64,000 nucleotides of DNA from Tepidiformaceae bacterium (GCA_965247675.1 OZ252025.1:2525153-2589152), one strand, 5' to 3'; counted from the first letter of the stretch, positions 1 to 9,410 are shown. Translations and numbers: made by a program. The notes: a model not told the origin generated them from the letters alone.

Positions 1-1
1 C

Positions 2-115
2 GCCATCCTCCTCGTCGAGCTCACCGCGGCGGGCGTGGCCGGCTACGAACTGGTCCCGGTCACCATCGTCGACGGGATTCCCCTGCTCGCCGAGGCCGGG
101 GAAGGCGGCCCCTGA
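2..115 (+). CDS. C-terminal end of a CDS entering from the left edge, product unknown
   Basis: Frame 2 is open from the edge (...AILLVELTAAGVAGYELVPVTIVDGIPLLAEAGEGGP) with TGA at 113-115. Too short to assign a family. Confidence 0.3.
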   Translation, partial: AILLVELTAAGVAGYELVPVTIVDGIPLLAEAGEGGP

Positions 116-137
116 GCCTTCCCGTATCGTGAACGCC

Positions 138-926
138 ATGCCCTACCGGCTCGCCGCCTTCGACATCGACGGCACCCTCGTGGGTCAGAGCGGCAGGCTC
201 TCGCCCGCGACGATCGAGGCGGTCGAGTGGCTCGCGGAGCGGGGCGTACGCATTGCGGTGGCCACTGCTCGTCCCTACGAGCTCGCCCTGCCCACGGTGG
301 CGCCCCTGGCCGGCGTCATCACCGCCGTCGTCGCCGCCGCCGGGGCCGACATCCGCCGCGCGGACGGCGAGCCCATCGCCCAGACCACGCTCCCAGCGGA
401 GGCCGCCCGCGCCATCGCCGAACTCTGCGACGCGCAGGACTGGCGTGTCGTGACGGGTACCGCGGCGGGAGCGTTTCGGCGGCTGCCTACGGGGGAAGCA
501 CGGGGACCCGCCGCCACCGTCGCCAACCTGACCGACGTCGCCTTCGACCGGGTCTACGTGATTGCACCGTTCACGAGTCCCGACGACCCTGCCTTCGCCG
601 CCCTTGAGGCAACCGTGAAGGATGCGGGCCTGCGCGCCGAGCGTGCGCTCACCAGTTCCGGGCGCGAGATCGTAGCCGTCACGAGCGCCGCCGCCGGCAA
701 GGGCCCGGCCCTCCAGCGCCTCTGCGACGCCTTCGGCATCCCGCTCGCGGAAGCGGTCGCGTTCGGCGACACGGAGGTGGACCTGCCGATGATCGAGGTC
801 GCCGGATACGGCGTCGCCATGGGGGACGCGCCCCCCTCCCTGAAGGCGGCGGCAGACCTGGTAACGGGCACGGCCGCCGAGGACGGCGTCGCCACCGCCA
901 TCCAGCACATCTGGGGCGAGCACTGA
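138..926 (+). CDS. HAD-superfamily hydrolase, Cof-like (HAD-IIB) phosphatase
   Basis: ORF track 129..926. Motif I DxDGT (AAFDIDGTLV) and motif IV GDxxxD (AFGDTEVDLPMI). ATG 138 lies 7 nt after a TATCGT -10-like hexamer (125-130), so it is preferred to GTG 129. Confidence 0.85.
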   Translation: MPYRLAAFDIDGTLVGQSGRLSPATIEAVEWLAERGVRIAVATARPYELALPTVAPLAGVITAVVAAAGADIRRADGEPIAQTTLPAEAARAIAELCDAQDWRVVTGTAAGAFRRLPTGEARGPAATVANLTDVAFDRVYVIAPFTSPDDPAFAALEATVKDAGLRAERALTSSGREIVAVTSAAAGKGPALQRLCDAFGIPLAEAVAFGDTEVDLPMIEVAGYGVAMGDAPPSLKAAADLVTGTAAEDGVATAIQHIWGEH

Positions 927-947
927 GCCGCTCTCGCGGGAAGGGGG

Positions 948-1478
948 ATGGAAACACGCTTGTATTTCTGTATGCTTGGAGAAAACATACGAACAGTTCC
1001 GCGCGGGTTCGCGGGCGCGATCCGGGGGCCGCAACTGGAACAACCACAGGATCGGGAGTCGATATGGAGCGTCAGAAGGCAGACGAGGGAGACCTACTTT
1101 GTCGTCTTCATCGCCCTGTTCTTCCTGGGCATGGGGCTCGCGTCCCTGCGCGCCTTCCACGACGGCGGCACCCTGCTCGACACGACACTTGCGGTATGGT
1201 CGGATGCAGCGCCGCTGACCATCACGGCAGCGGCGGCCGCACTGGCGCTGACTGAGATCGGGAGGAGCCTCATGGTTATCGCACGACGGCTGGAAGAGGG
1301 TCTGGAGCGGCTCCGCGAACGACGCCGGGCTGAAGGCCGGGCCGAGGGGCGCGTCGAAGGCAGGGCCGAAGGGCGCGCCGAAGTGAACCGCGCATGGCGG
1401 GCGTGGAACGGAAGACGGCTCGAAGCAGAGGCGCGCGGAGAGCCGTTCACCGAGCCTCCTCCGAAGTACTCGGACTAG
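948..1478 (+). CDS. Hypothetical two-TM membrane protein with a charged C-terminal (AEGR)n / RAWRAW..PFTEPPP module
   Basis: ORF track. Two hydrophobic helices (YFVVFIALFFLGMGLASL, LTITAAAAALALTEIG). The C-terminal ~55 aa are paralogous to the N-terminus of the next gene. Start uncertain (948 or 972). Confidence 0.5.
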   Translation: METRLYFCMLGENIRTVPRGFAGAIRGPQLEQPQDRESIWSVRRQTRETYFVVFIALFFLGMGLASLRAFHDGGTLLDTTLAVWSDAAPLTITAAAAALALTEIGRSLMVIARRLEEGLERLRERRRAEGRAEGRVEGRAEGRAEVNRAWRAWNGRRLEAEARGEPFTEPPPKYSD

Positions 1479-1508
1479 GCTCACCTCGGGCACGGAGATC
1501 GGGAATCC

Positions 1509-1913
1509 ATGGTTCTTGCCGAGCGCCTGGAAGACTTCTTCGAGCGGGGGCGGCGAAGGCGGAGGGCCGAAGCCCGGGCCAAGGGCATGGCCGAGGGTAA
1601 GGCGGAGGTCCACCGTGCGTGGAGAGCCTGGCTCATGCGCCTCGAAGAATCCAAAGCACAGGGTAGGCCGTTCACCGAGCCTCCACCGGTCTTTCCGGGG
1701 GTGGAGACAGAAACTGGCCTCCCGATGAAGATCCACTACAACCGAGAAACCGACACACTACGAATTGTCCTTCGCGATGACCCCGTGGCCGACAGCTACG
1801 AACCCGTCGCCGGCCTAATCCTCGACCTCGACGGTGAGCAAGAAGTCATTGCCATCGAGCTTCTCGATGCCTCAAGAAAGACCAGCCTGGAACTCGGCAT
1901 CGACATGGCCTAG
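1509..1913 (+). CDS. DUF2283-domain protein with an N-terminal RAWRAW..PFTEPPP module
   Basis: The C-terminal 60 aa (MKIHYNRETDTLRIVLRDDP...IAIELLDAS) look like DUF2283. The N-terminal 60 aa are paralogous to the tail of 948..1478. An internal ATG at 1725 is an alternative start. Confidence 0.6.
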   Translation: MVLAERLEDFFERGRRRRRAEARAKGMAEGKAEVHRAWRAWLMRLEESKAQGRPFTEPPPVFPGVETETGLPMKIHYNRETDTLRIVLRDDPVADSYEPVAGLILDLDGEQEVIAIELLDASRKTSLELGIDMA

Positions 1914-1940
1914 GGCGTAGTGCCGCAGGTCCAGAGCGCG

Positions 1941-2435
1941 CTACGCCTCCGCCACCCACTCCCCACTCTTGCCGCCCCGCTTCTGCAGCAGGCGCACGCC
2001 CTCGATGCGCATCCCCCGGTCGACGGCCTTGCACATGTCGTAGACCGTCAGGGCGGCCACGCTGACCGCCGTCAGCGCCTCCATCTCGACACCCGTCCGC
2101 CCCTCCGTCCGCACCGTCGCCTCGACGCGCATGCGTTCGCCGTCCACGGGTTCGAGCGCGACCGCGACCGCCGTGATGGGCAGGGGGTGACACATCGGGA
2201 TGAGCTCGCTCGTGCGCTTCGCCGCCTGGATTCCCGCCACGCGCGCAACGGCGAGGACGTCCCCCTTGGGGAGCCCCCCCTCCTGGATGAGCGCGAGGGT
2301 CTCGGGGCGCATCGCGACGAACCCCTCCGCCAACGCCTCCCGCGCCGTGACCGCCTTGCCGGAGACATCGACCATGCGCGCGCCACCGCGCTCGTCGAGG
2401 TGCGAGAGGCGCTGCTCTTCGCGCTCAGACGCCAT
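1941..2435 (-). CDS. moaC: Cyclic pyranopterin monophosphate synthase MoaC
   Basis: Full-length similarity to MoaC ([18 protein letters not shown]..., [49 protein letters not shown]). Confidence 0.95.
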   Translation of the reverse strand: MASEREEQRLSHLDERGGARMVDVSGKAVTAREALAEGFVAMRPETLALIQEGGLPKGDVLAVARVAGIQAAKRTSELIPMCHPLPITAVAVALEPVDGERMRVEATVRTEGRTGVEMEALTAVSVAALTVYDMCKAVDRGMRIEGVRLLQKRGGKSGEWVAEA

Positions 2436-2643
2436 GGTTCCGCCGCCACATCAGGGTCTCGTAGGCGAAGACGATGCCGTAGGCCAGCAGACCACCCACG
2501 ATCCCGCCGGCCACACCCAGCTGGGGCGCTATCCACATGTCCGCGGCGATGATGCCCGCGCCCCCACCGGCAAGGGCGGCGAAGAACGCCGAGCGCCGCC
2601 GCTCACTGGCGAAGCGGTCTCGCAGGGTTGGCTCCGCTTCCAT
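2425..2643 (-). CDS. Small hypothetical membrane protein upstream of moaC
   Basis: 72-aa ORF with two Gly/Ala-rich hydrophobic segments. It overlaps the moaC start by 11 nt. ATG 2643 lies 6 nt downstream of TATACT (reverse complement of 2650-2655). Confidence 0.5.
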   Translation of the reverse strand: MEAEPTLRDRFASERRRSAFFAALAGGGAGIIAADMWIAPQLGVAGGIVGGLLAYGIVFAYETLMWRRNHGV

Positions 2644-2724
2644 GCGAGCAGTATAGGACGTCCCTCCCCCGCGGCCCCCCGTGGCGGTTGGGCGCTACGC
2701 GGGACGGCCCGCATAATCGGGCGC

Positions 2725-4065
2725 ATGCCGAACGCCGCTTCCCTCGACGCCCTGCCCTACCGCCACGTGCTCCCCCACACCAGCGCCCTCTCCCCCGCCG
2801 GGCGCCTGAGCATCGGCGGCTGCGACCTGCGCGAACTCGCCGAGATGTACGGCTCGCCCCTCTACGTGTTCGACGAAGCGGACTTCCGCGAGACCGCACG
2901 CGAGTTCCGCCGTGAGTTCGAGTCACGCTGGCCCGAGGTCTCCGTGCTCTACGCGGCCAAGGCCTACCTCAGCCTGCCCCTCGCCGCCATCGTGGCCGAG
3001 GAGGGGCTGGGCATGGACGTGGTCAGCGGCGGCGAGCTCGCGATCGCGCGGGCGGCGGGCTTCCCTTCCTCGCGCCTCTACTTCCACGGCAACAACAAGA
3101 GCGCCGAGGAGCTCGAGGCTGCCGTCAGCGGGGACCCCGTCGGCCGCGTCGTCGTCGACAACTTCCACGAGCTCGCCGAGCTCGACCGCATCGCGGGCGA
3201 GCGGCGGGCGCGCCAGCCGATCCTCCTGCGCATCTCCCCCAACGTGGACCCGCACACCCACGCCAAGACGACCACGGGCGTGCTCGACTCCAAGTTCGGC
3301 TTCGCCATCGCCAACGGCGACGCCGAGCGGGCCGTGGCGGTGGCGACGGCCGCCCCCAACATCGACCTGCGGGGGCTGCACGTGCACCTCGGCTCCCCCA
3401 TCTTCGAGGTGGAGCCGTACGAGCAGGCCAGCGACGTGATGTGCGCCTTCGCCGCGCAGATGGGCGACACCCACGGGTTCAGCTTCGACGAGTACAGCCC
3501 CGGCGGCGGCTTCGCCCTCGCCTACACCCGCGCCCAGCACGCCCCCGCCATCGCCGAGTACGCGGAGCGCGTGGCGCGCTCGATGGAAGCCGCCCTCGCC
3601 GAGCACCGCCTGGACCAGCCCTCCCTCCACATCGAGCCGGGCCGCTCCCTCATCGGGCGCGCCATGGTGGCGGTCTACACGGTGGGCGCGCGCAAGGAGA
3701 TCCCCGGCGTGCGCACCTACGTCTCCGTCGATGGCGGCATGGCCGACAACATCCGCCCGGCCATGTACGGCTCCGGCTACGAGGCCGTGCCCGTCGACCG
3801 GCCCCTCGAGGAACCCACGGAAACAGTCACGGTCGCGGGGAAGTACTGCGAGAGCGGCGACATCCTCGTGCGCGACGCCGAGCTGCCGCGCCTCGAGGCG
3901 GGCGAGCTCGTCGCCCTGCCGGCGAGCGGCGGCTACAACCTCGCCATGTCGAGCAACTACAACATGGCCCTGCGCCCGCCCGTCGTCGCCGTCCTTGACG
4001 GCGAGCCGCGCCTCCTCCAGCGCCGCGAGACGGTCGAGGACCTGGTCGCGCGGGACGTGCAGTAG
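2725..4065 (+). CDS. lysA: Diaminopimelate decarboxylase
   Basis: Inner part of ORF 2200..4065. PLP-fold III decarboxylase motifs (YAAKAY, HVHLGSPI, SPGGGF, CESGDIL, SGGYNLAMSSNYN). ATG 2725 lies 7 nt after CATAAT (2712-2717). The upstream part of the ORF is antisense to moaC. Confidence 0.93.
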   Translation: MPNAASLDALPYRHVLPHTSALSPAGRLSIGGCDLRELAEMYGSPLYVFDEADFRETAREFRREFESRWPEVSVLYAAKAYLSLPLAAIVAEEGLGMDVVSGGELAIARAAGFPSSRLYFHGNNKSAEELEAAVSGDPVGRVVVDNFHELAELDRIAGERRARQPILLRISPNVDPHTHAKTTTGVLDSKFGFAIANGDAERAVAVATAAPNIDLRGLHVHLGSPIFEVEPYEQASDVMCAFAAQMGDTHGFSFDEYSPGGGFALAYTRAQHAPAIAEYAERVARSMEAALAEHRLDQPSLHIEPGRSLIGRAMVAVYTVGARKEIPGVRTYVSVDGGMADNIRPAMYGSGYEAVPVDRPLEEPTETVTVAGKYCESGDILVRDAELPRLEAGELVALPASGGYNLAMSSNYNMALRPPVVAVLDGEPRLLQRRETVEDLVARDVQ

Positions 4066-4077
4066 GAGTTATCCGGC

Positions 4078-4533
4078 CTACCCGAACCGCTCCCGCAGGA
4101 CCTGCTTCCGGAACTCGAAGATGGCGCGGACGCGGGGGCGGACGGCCAGCTGGGCGACGATGTCGCCGAGGGGGCCGAAGGGGACCGCATAGTGGACGGT
4201 GTCGCGCACCTCGGCGCCGCCCTCCACCTCGCGGAAGTCGTGCTGGTGATGCCAGAGGCTGTAGGGACCGATGCGCTGGTCGTCCACGAATCGCACCCGG
4301 TCCTCGACGTGCGTGATCTCCGTCGCCCAGGGCAGCGGCAGGCCCAGGAAGGGCCGCACGTTGTAGGTGATGATGAGCCCGGGGTACATCTCCTCGGGCG
4401 GGTCGGAGGTCACCTCGAGCGCCAGCCAGGGCGGGGTGATGACGGGCAGGTTGCGCGGGTTCGAGAAGAACGCCCAGGCCTCGTCCAGCGACACCGGAAC
4501 GACCTGGCTCGCGGCCATGCGGTAGATCGCCAT
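4078..4533 (-). CDS. SRPBCC-family (cyclase/dehydrase-like) protein
   Basis: 151-aa ORF with an SRPBCC-like sequence (VPVSLDEAWAFFSNPRNL..., GPYSLWHHQHDF). It sits in the common pairing immediately downstream of a TIGR01777-type epimerase. Confidence 0.75.
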   Translation of the reverse strand: MAIYRMAASQVVPVSLDEAWAFFSNPRNLPVITPPWLALEVTSDPPEEMYPGLIITYNVRPFLGLPLPWATEITHVEDRVRFVDDQRIGPYSLWHHQHDFREVEGGAEVRDTVHYAVPFGPLGDIVAQLAVRPRVRAIFEFRKQVLRERFG

Positions 4534-4538
4534 CGCCG

Positions 4539-5432
4539 CTAGCCTCCCCGCAGCAGGGTGCGCAGCGCGCCTTCGACCTCGGGCTGCGAAAACTCGAAGC
4601 CATCCGCCGCGAGCCGCTCGGGGATGACGCGGTTGCTCGCGAAGAGGAGCGAGTCCGCCAGCTCGCCCATGACGAGGCGCATGGCGAACTGCGGCGCCAT
4701 CATGAACGCGGGGCGGCGCAGCACCCGCCCGAGCGAGCGCGTCAGGTCGGCGTTCGTGATGGTCACGGGCGCGACCACGTTCACGGGGCCGGTCGTGTCG
4801 CTGCCGAGCAGATGGGTGGTGGCGGCCACCGCGTCATTGAGCGTGATCCACGGCATCCACTGCTGCCCGCTCCCGAGCCTGCCGCCGACGCCGAGGCGGA
4901 AGGGCAACGTGAGCCGTTTGAAGGCCGGAGCCTCGTTGGCGAACACCACGCCGTAGCGCGCCATCGCCGTGGGGATGCCGGCCGCGTTCGCCTTCTCCGC
5001 CTCCGCCTCCCAGTCCGCGGTCATGTCCGCGAGGAAACCCTGGCCCCGGGGTGACTCTTCGGTAAGCGTCTCGCCCCCGCGGTCACCGTAGAAGCCCACC
5101 GCGGAGGCGACGATGAGGCGGCGGGGTTTCGGGTCGAGCGCCGCCAGGTGCGCGACGAGCACGCGCGTGGTGTCGATGCGGCTGGAGCGCAGCTCGGCCT
5201 TGCGGGCGGGAGTCCAGCGACCCTCGCCGACGGAGGCGCCGCTCAGGTGAACGACGGCGTCGCAGCCCTCGAAGACGCTCTCGCGGACCCAGCCCTCGGC
5301 CGGCGCCCAGTCCACGCCCTCCGCGCCGGCGGCCCCCCGCGCGATACGCACGACCTCGTCCCCACGCCCCTCGAGGCGGCGCGCCAGCGCCCCCCCGACC
5401 AGTCCCGTGCTTCCAGTGATAGCGACCTTCAT
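4539..5432 (-). CDS. TIGR01777-family NAD-dependent epimerase/dehydratase (DUF1731 C-terminus)
   Basis: Rossmann start MKVAITGSTGLVGGAL. GGAGG Shine-Dalgarno (SD) 7 nt upstream of ATG 5432. C-terminal DUF1731-like RVIPERLAADGFEF. The ORF track's extension to 5522 has no support. Confidence 0.85.
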   Translation of the reverse strand: MKVAITGSTGLVGGALARRLEGRGDEVVRIARGAAGAEGVDWAPAEGWVRESVFEGCDAVVHLSGASVGEGRWTPARKAELRSSRIDTTRVLVAHLAALDPKPRRLIVASAVGFYGDRGGETLTEESPRGQGFLADMTADWEAEAEKANAAGIPTAMARYGVVFANEAPAFKRLTLPFRLGVGGRLGSGQQWMPWITLNDAVAATTHLLGSDTTGPVNVVAPVTITNADLTRSLGRVLRRPAFMMAPQFAMRLVMGELADSLLFASNRVIPERLAADGFEFSQPEVEGALRTLLRGG

Positions 5433-5546
5433 CGGCGAACCTCCCAGGGGTCTCTCACCCTCTTCAATCCACCTTACCCTGACTTCGTGAAAAATGGCAC
5501 AACCGCCCCACGCCACATGCAAGCACCCTTACACGGGCGGCGCGAG

Positions 5547-5843
5547 TCAGGCTCGCGGCTTCACCTTCGCGGGGATCTCGTCGCCCGACTCGATCTGGGC
5601 GACGCGCAGTTCGTAGGTCTGCTGAAGGCTCATCCAGAACTCGGGTGTCGTGCCGAAGTAGCGGGCCAGGCGCAGGGCGGTGTCGGCTCTGACACCACGC
5701 TGGCCCTTGAGGATTGCGGTGATGCGATTCGTCGGGACGGCCAGGCGCCCGGCGAGCGCATTGGCCGACAGGCCAAGCTCATCCAATTCGTCCGCCAGGA
5801 TCTCCCCTGGATGAACCGGCGGCATTCCGTTGCGCACCCGCAT
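5547..5843 (-). CDS. HigA-family antitoxin (XRE helix-turn-helix), no cognate toxin adjacent
   Basis: VHPGEILADELDELGLSANALAGRLAVPTNRITAILKGQRGVRADTALRLARYFGTTPEFWMSLQQTYEL is the classic HigA/VapI pattern. GAGGAG SD 7 nt before ATG 5843. Confidence 0.85.
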   Translation of the reverse strand: MRVRNGMPPVHPGEILADELDELGLSANALAGRLAVPTNRITAILKGQRGVRADTALRLARYFGTTPEFWMSLQQTYELRVAQIESGDEIPAKVKPRA

Positions 5844-5987
5844 TTCGGTTCTCCTCGGCTCACGGGGCGCAAGCGCACCCACTTGCAGAACGCAATAACG
5901 AGAGACCACCACGACCGTCTGCGACGGTGGGATTGCGGGGGGAGTCCCGCGATGAGGTGGTGCTTCAACTGACCGTCCGGACCGCCA

Positions 5988-6296
5988 TTAAGACGATGGG
6001 TCGGGGCAGGCCCGTGGCTGCACCTGAGCGTTGATGTCGTCGCCGAACTCGACTTCGGCGGCGTGCAACTCGAAGTTCTGCTGAAGGCTCATCCAGAACT
6101 CCGGCGTCGTGCCGAAGTAGCGGGCCAGACGCAGGGCGGTTTCCGCGCTGACGCGGGTGCGACCCTTGAGGATCGCGGAGATGCGGCTCACGGGAACAGC
6201 CAGCTGGCTGGCAAGCGCCTTGGCGGTCAGGCCAAGGTCATCCAGGTTCTCCGCCAGGACCTCCCCTGGCTGCACCGGCCGCCTACCGTTACGCAC
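5988..6296 (-). CDS. HigA-family antitoxin (XRE helix-turn-helix), second tandem copy
   Basis: VQPGEVLAENLDDLGLTAKALASQLAVPVSRISAILKGRTRVSAETALRLARYFGTTPEFWMSLQQNFEL. GTG start at 6296. Confidence 0.85.
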   Translation of the reverse strand: MRNGRRPVQPGEVLAENLDDLGLTAKALASQLAVPVSRISAILKGRTRVSAETALRLARYFGTTPEFWMSLQQNFELHAAEVEFGDDINAQVQPRACPDPSS

Positions 6297-6317
6297 GTCA
6301 CACCGCCTTTCTCTGGT

Positions 6318-6788
6318 CTAGCCACCCTCCATGGCGACTACAAACAGGAACTCGACCTCGACGGGAACGCCGAGCGGGAGCGAGGCCATGCCGATGGCCA
6401 CGCGCGCGTGGCGGCCCGGCTCCCCGAAGATGTCGATGAGCAGCTCCGAGGCGCCGTTCACGACCGCGGGGTGTTGGGTGAAGCCGGCCGCGGCGGCCAC
6501 GTAGCCCCCCACCCGCACCACCCCGGTGATGCGGTCGAGCGAGCCGAGCGCAACGCGCGCCGCGGCGAGCCCGTTGAGGGCGCACTGGCGGGCGAGGGCA
6601 TAGCCCTCCTCCACGGTGACATCGACACCGCACCGACCCGTCGGGAGCGGCTCGCCGGGCGTGACCGGAAGCTGCCCCGAAACGGCGAGCAGGTCGCCGT
6701 GACGGCGGGCGGGGACGTAGGACCCGGCGGGCGCCGCCGGCTCCGGCAACTCAATGCCCAACTCTCGCAGACGTTCCTCGGCGCTCAT
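6318..6788 (-). CDS. RidA/YjgF-family protein
   Basis: 156-aa ORF with RidA-family features (LLAVSGQLP..., ARVAIGMASLPLGVPVEVEF). GGAGG SD before ATG 6788. Confidence 0.8.
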   Translation of the reverse strand: MSAEERLRELGIELPEPAAPAGSYVPARRHGDLLAVSGQLPVTPGEPLPTGRCGVDVTVEEGYALARQCALNGLAAARVALGSLDRITGVVRVGGYVAAAAGFTQHPAVVNGASELLIDIFGEPGRHARVAIGMASLPLGVPVEVEFLFVVAMEGG

Positions 6789-6923
6789 CTCGCGACCTCC
6801 TCATCCTTGCGCGACGGAATCGATACCATGTCGCGTTTTCCACCCACGGCCACCGTAGCGCAACCTGCCAGGGGCGTACGTAAAGGCCGGGAGCGTGCGT
6901 AAAGACTACGTAGGGTCAGTCTC

Positions 6924-7796
6924 TCAGAGCGAGAGCAGCTTGCTCGCGACGGCCTCGAGCTCCTCGGCGCTGTACGTGTCGACCACGATGCGGGCGCCGC
7001 CGCTCCGCTGCGACGTAACGGTCACGCGCGTGCCGAGCGAGCGGCGCAGGTTCGTCTCGAGGTCGCGCAGGGGCACGTCGCGACCGGCGGAGGGCGGCAG
7101 TGCGGCCCGGCGCTCCTCGCGCGGCGACAACGCGCGGCGCACGGCCGCCTCCGTCTCGCGCACGCTCAGGCCGCGGCGCGCGGTCTCGCGCCAGACCTCG
7201 AGCCGCGCCGCCCCCTCGGGCATGCCGAGGAGGGCGCGGGCGTGTCCCTCGCGGATCTCGCCAGCCACCAGGCTGCGGCGGATCTCCGCCTCCAGCTGGA
7301 GGAGGCGGATGGCGTTCGCGACGGCGGCGCGGCTGCGACCCACCCGTCGCGCGACCACCTCCTGGGTGAGCCCGTACTCGCTGAGGAGGCGGCGGTAGGC
7401 GAGCGCCTCCTCGATCGCGTTCAGGTCCGCGCGCTGGATGTTCTCCACCAGCGCCAGTTCCAGCAGCTCCGAGCCGTCCACCTCGCGCACGACCACGGGC
7501 ACGGTGGGGAGGTCGGCGAGACGCGCCGCCTGCAGCCGTCGTTCGCCCGCGATCAGGCGGTAGCCACCCTCGACCTCCAGGCTCACGACGAGCGGCTGGA
7601 GCACGCCGTGCTCGCGGATCGAGTCCGCCAGCTCGCGCAGCTGCTCGGGCGGGAAGTTGGTCCGCGGCTGCTCCGGGTTGGGCGCGATCAGATCGATGTC
7701 GATCTCCTGCGCTCTCCCCGGCAGGGGAGCTTCCCCGCCGCCGCCGGGCAGGAGGGCATCAAGCCCTCGGCCGAGTCCTCGTCGTGGCTGTGTCAT
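6924..7796 (-). CDS. parB: Chromosome partitioning protein ParB (Spo0J)
   Basis: MTQPRRGLGRGLDALL..., ParB box IAPNPEQPRTNFPPEQLRELADSIREHGVLQPLVV and GERRLQAARLA. ATG 7796 overlaps the parA stop (ATGA). Confidence 0.93.
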   Translation of the reverse strand: MTQPRRGLGRGLDALLPGGGGEAPLPGRAQEIDIDLIAPNPEQPRTNFPPEQLRELADSIREHGVLQPLVVSLEVEGGYRLIAGERRLQAARLADLPTVPVVVREVDGSELLELALVENIQRADLNAIEEALAYRRLLSEYGLTQEVVARRVGRSRAAVANAIRLLQLEAEIRRSLVAGEIREGHARALLGMPEGAARLEVWRETARRGLSVRETEAAVRRALSPREERRAALPPSAGRDVPLRDLETNLRRSLGTRVTVTSQRSGGARIVVDTYSAEELEAVASKLLSL

Positions 7797-8563
7797 GCGC
7801 GCACCCCCACGCGTTCCGTGAGCTCGACCGCCAGCCTGCGATAGGCGGTCGCGGCGCGGCTCCCCGGCCTGTACCGGAAGATCGACTGCCCGTAGCTCGG
7901 CGCCTCGGCAATGCTGACGGCGCGCGGAATCACGGTGTTGAAGGTCTCCCTGGGGAAGTGGATCATCACGTCGGCGGCGACTTCGCGCGCCAGGCGCGTA
8001 CGCCGGTCGAGCATCGTCAGCACGAGGCCGAGGGTTCGCAGCCGGGGGTTGAGGCTCCCCCGTACGAGCGCGAGCGTCTCCATCAGGTGCGCGAGCCCCT
8101 CCATGGGGAGGTACTCGCACTGCACGGGAACGACCACACTCGTGGCCGCCGTGAGGGCGTTCACGGTGAGGATGCCGAGCGACGGCGGGGAGTCGATAAA
8201 CACCCAGTCGTAGTCGTCCACGATAGGGGCGCAGACGTTCTTCAGGCGCTGCTCGCGGGCCATGGTGGGGGCCAATTCCACCTCCGCGCCCGAGAGTTCC
8301 CGCGTCGCCGGCAGGAGGTCGAACTTCTCCTCCTCGAGCCGCACCACGCAGTCGCGCGCCTCCGCTTCCAGCATGAGCGCGTCGTAGATCGAGGGTCCCT
8401 CGACCACGCAGCCGGACGCGCTCGTGGCGTTCGCCTGCGCGTCAAGGTCGATGAGGAGGACACGGTCGCCATTCCGCCCGAGGGCGGCCGCCAGCGAGAC
8501 GGCGGTGGTTGTCTTGCCCACGCCACCCTTCTGGTTCACAAAGGCGATCGTCTCACGCACCAT
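7793..8563 (-). CDS. parA: ParA/Soj partition ATPase
   Basis: Deviant Walker A (IAFVNQKGGVGKTTTAVSLAAAL). Full-length ParA similarity. GAGGAG SD before ATG 8563. Confidence 0.93.
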   Translation of the reverse strand: MVRETIAFVNQKGGVGKTTTAVSLAAALGRNGDRVLLIDLDAQANATSASGCVVEGPSIYDALMLEAEARDCVVRLEEEKFDLLPATRELSGAEVELAPTMAREQRLKNVCAPIVDDYDWVFIDSPPSLGILTVNALTAATSVVVPVQCEYLPMEGLAHLMETLALVRGSLNPRLRTLGLVLTMLDRRTRLAREVAADVMIHFPRETFNTVIPRAVSIAEAPSYGQSIFRYRPGSRAATAYRRLAVELTERVGVRA

Positions 8564-9404
8564 CCGCCGCTCCTCGCCGCACGCGGGCGTCGACTTCCTT
8601 ACGCGACGGCATCTCCAGCAGACCGCTCCGTTCGACCACGAGAGAGCCCATCGCATTTGCGAATGTACACGATTCGAACAAGTCCCCCGTCTCCACCAGC
8701 CGGATCACGAAGGCTGCGACGAAGCCATCGCCCGCTCCCGTCACGTCGATCACGTTCGTGGAGAAGGCCGGGAGCCCGCTGCGGGAGCCCCGGCGGTAGA
8801 GCCAGGCGCCGCGGTTGCCTCGCGTCACAACCGTCGCACCCCGCAGGGAGAGCGCCGTCGCCAGGCCCGGCGGGCCGTCCGCGTCTTCATCGCTGAAGAC
8901 GGCGATCACGCCCGGCGGCTGCAGGTCCCGCGCCCGCGCGACGGCCTGGGGGGCGCGGCGCACGGGGCGGTTGGGCAGCGCCGAGCGGAGCACCCCCTGG
9001 AGCGACACCACGCGCACCGGCGCCTCGATGGGGGGAAACTCCGTGAGCTCATCCAGCACGGGGGCGGCGATGACCGCGTCCGCGCTCAGGCCCGCGGGCA
9101 GGTCGCCGGCGGCGATAGGCTCGCCCGCCTGGTGCAGCAGCTGGCGGCGGAGTCCGCCCTTCGGGTAGCTGTTCTCGAAGCGGGGACAGCGTTCCGCGGG
9201 CAGCGCCTTCACGGTCAGTCCCTCGAACCAGCGTTGGGCGTAGTGCCCCGGCACGCGACTCACCAGCGTCACCTCCGCGCCCAGCGCCGCTGCCGCGCGT
9301 GCGCTGTAGAGCGCGGGACCGCCCGCCGTCCAGGTGCATTCGGCCGTCAGATCCTCGGTCACGTTCCCAACGATTACGATTCTCGGCGCGGGCGACTGGC
9401 TCAT
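8553..9404 (-). CDS. PfkB-family carbohydrate kinase
   Basis: Ribokinase-like fold with PfkB signature 2 (VIDVTGAGDGFVAAF). It occupies the position where rsmG often sits. Confidence 0.8.
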   Translation of the reverse strand: MSQSPAPRIVIVGNVTEDLTAECTWTAGGPALYSARAAAALGAEVTLVSRVPGHYAQRWFEGLTVKALPAERCPRFENSYPKGGLRRQLLHQAGEPIAAGDLPAGLSADAVIAAPVLDELTEFPPIEAPVRVVSLQGVLRSALPNRPVRRAPQAVARARDLQPPGVIAVFSDEDADGPPGLATALSLRGATVVTRGNRGAWLYRRGSRSGLPAFSTNVIDVTGAGDGFVAAFVIRLVETGDLFESCTFANAMGSLVVERSGLLEMPSRKEVDARVRRGAADGA

Positions 9405-9410
9405 TTCCTC

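Noticed and set aside
60-1736. Very long ORFs antisense to or overlapping well-supported genes. Examples: 60..1736(-), 8424..10643(+), 9541..11517(+), 14820..16298(+ part), 36641..39163(+), 39612..41435(-), 41847..43127(-), 58174..59697(-), 62892..63941(-).
   Set aside because: These are typical shadow frames of GC-rich DNA. Their products are Arg/Pro/Gly/Ala-rich with no family resemblance, and each lies opposite a gene with clear conserved motifs.
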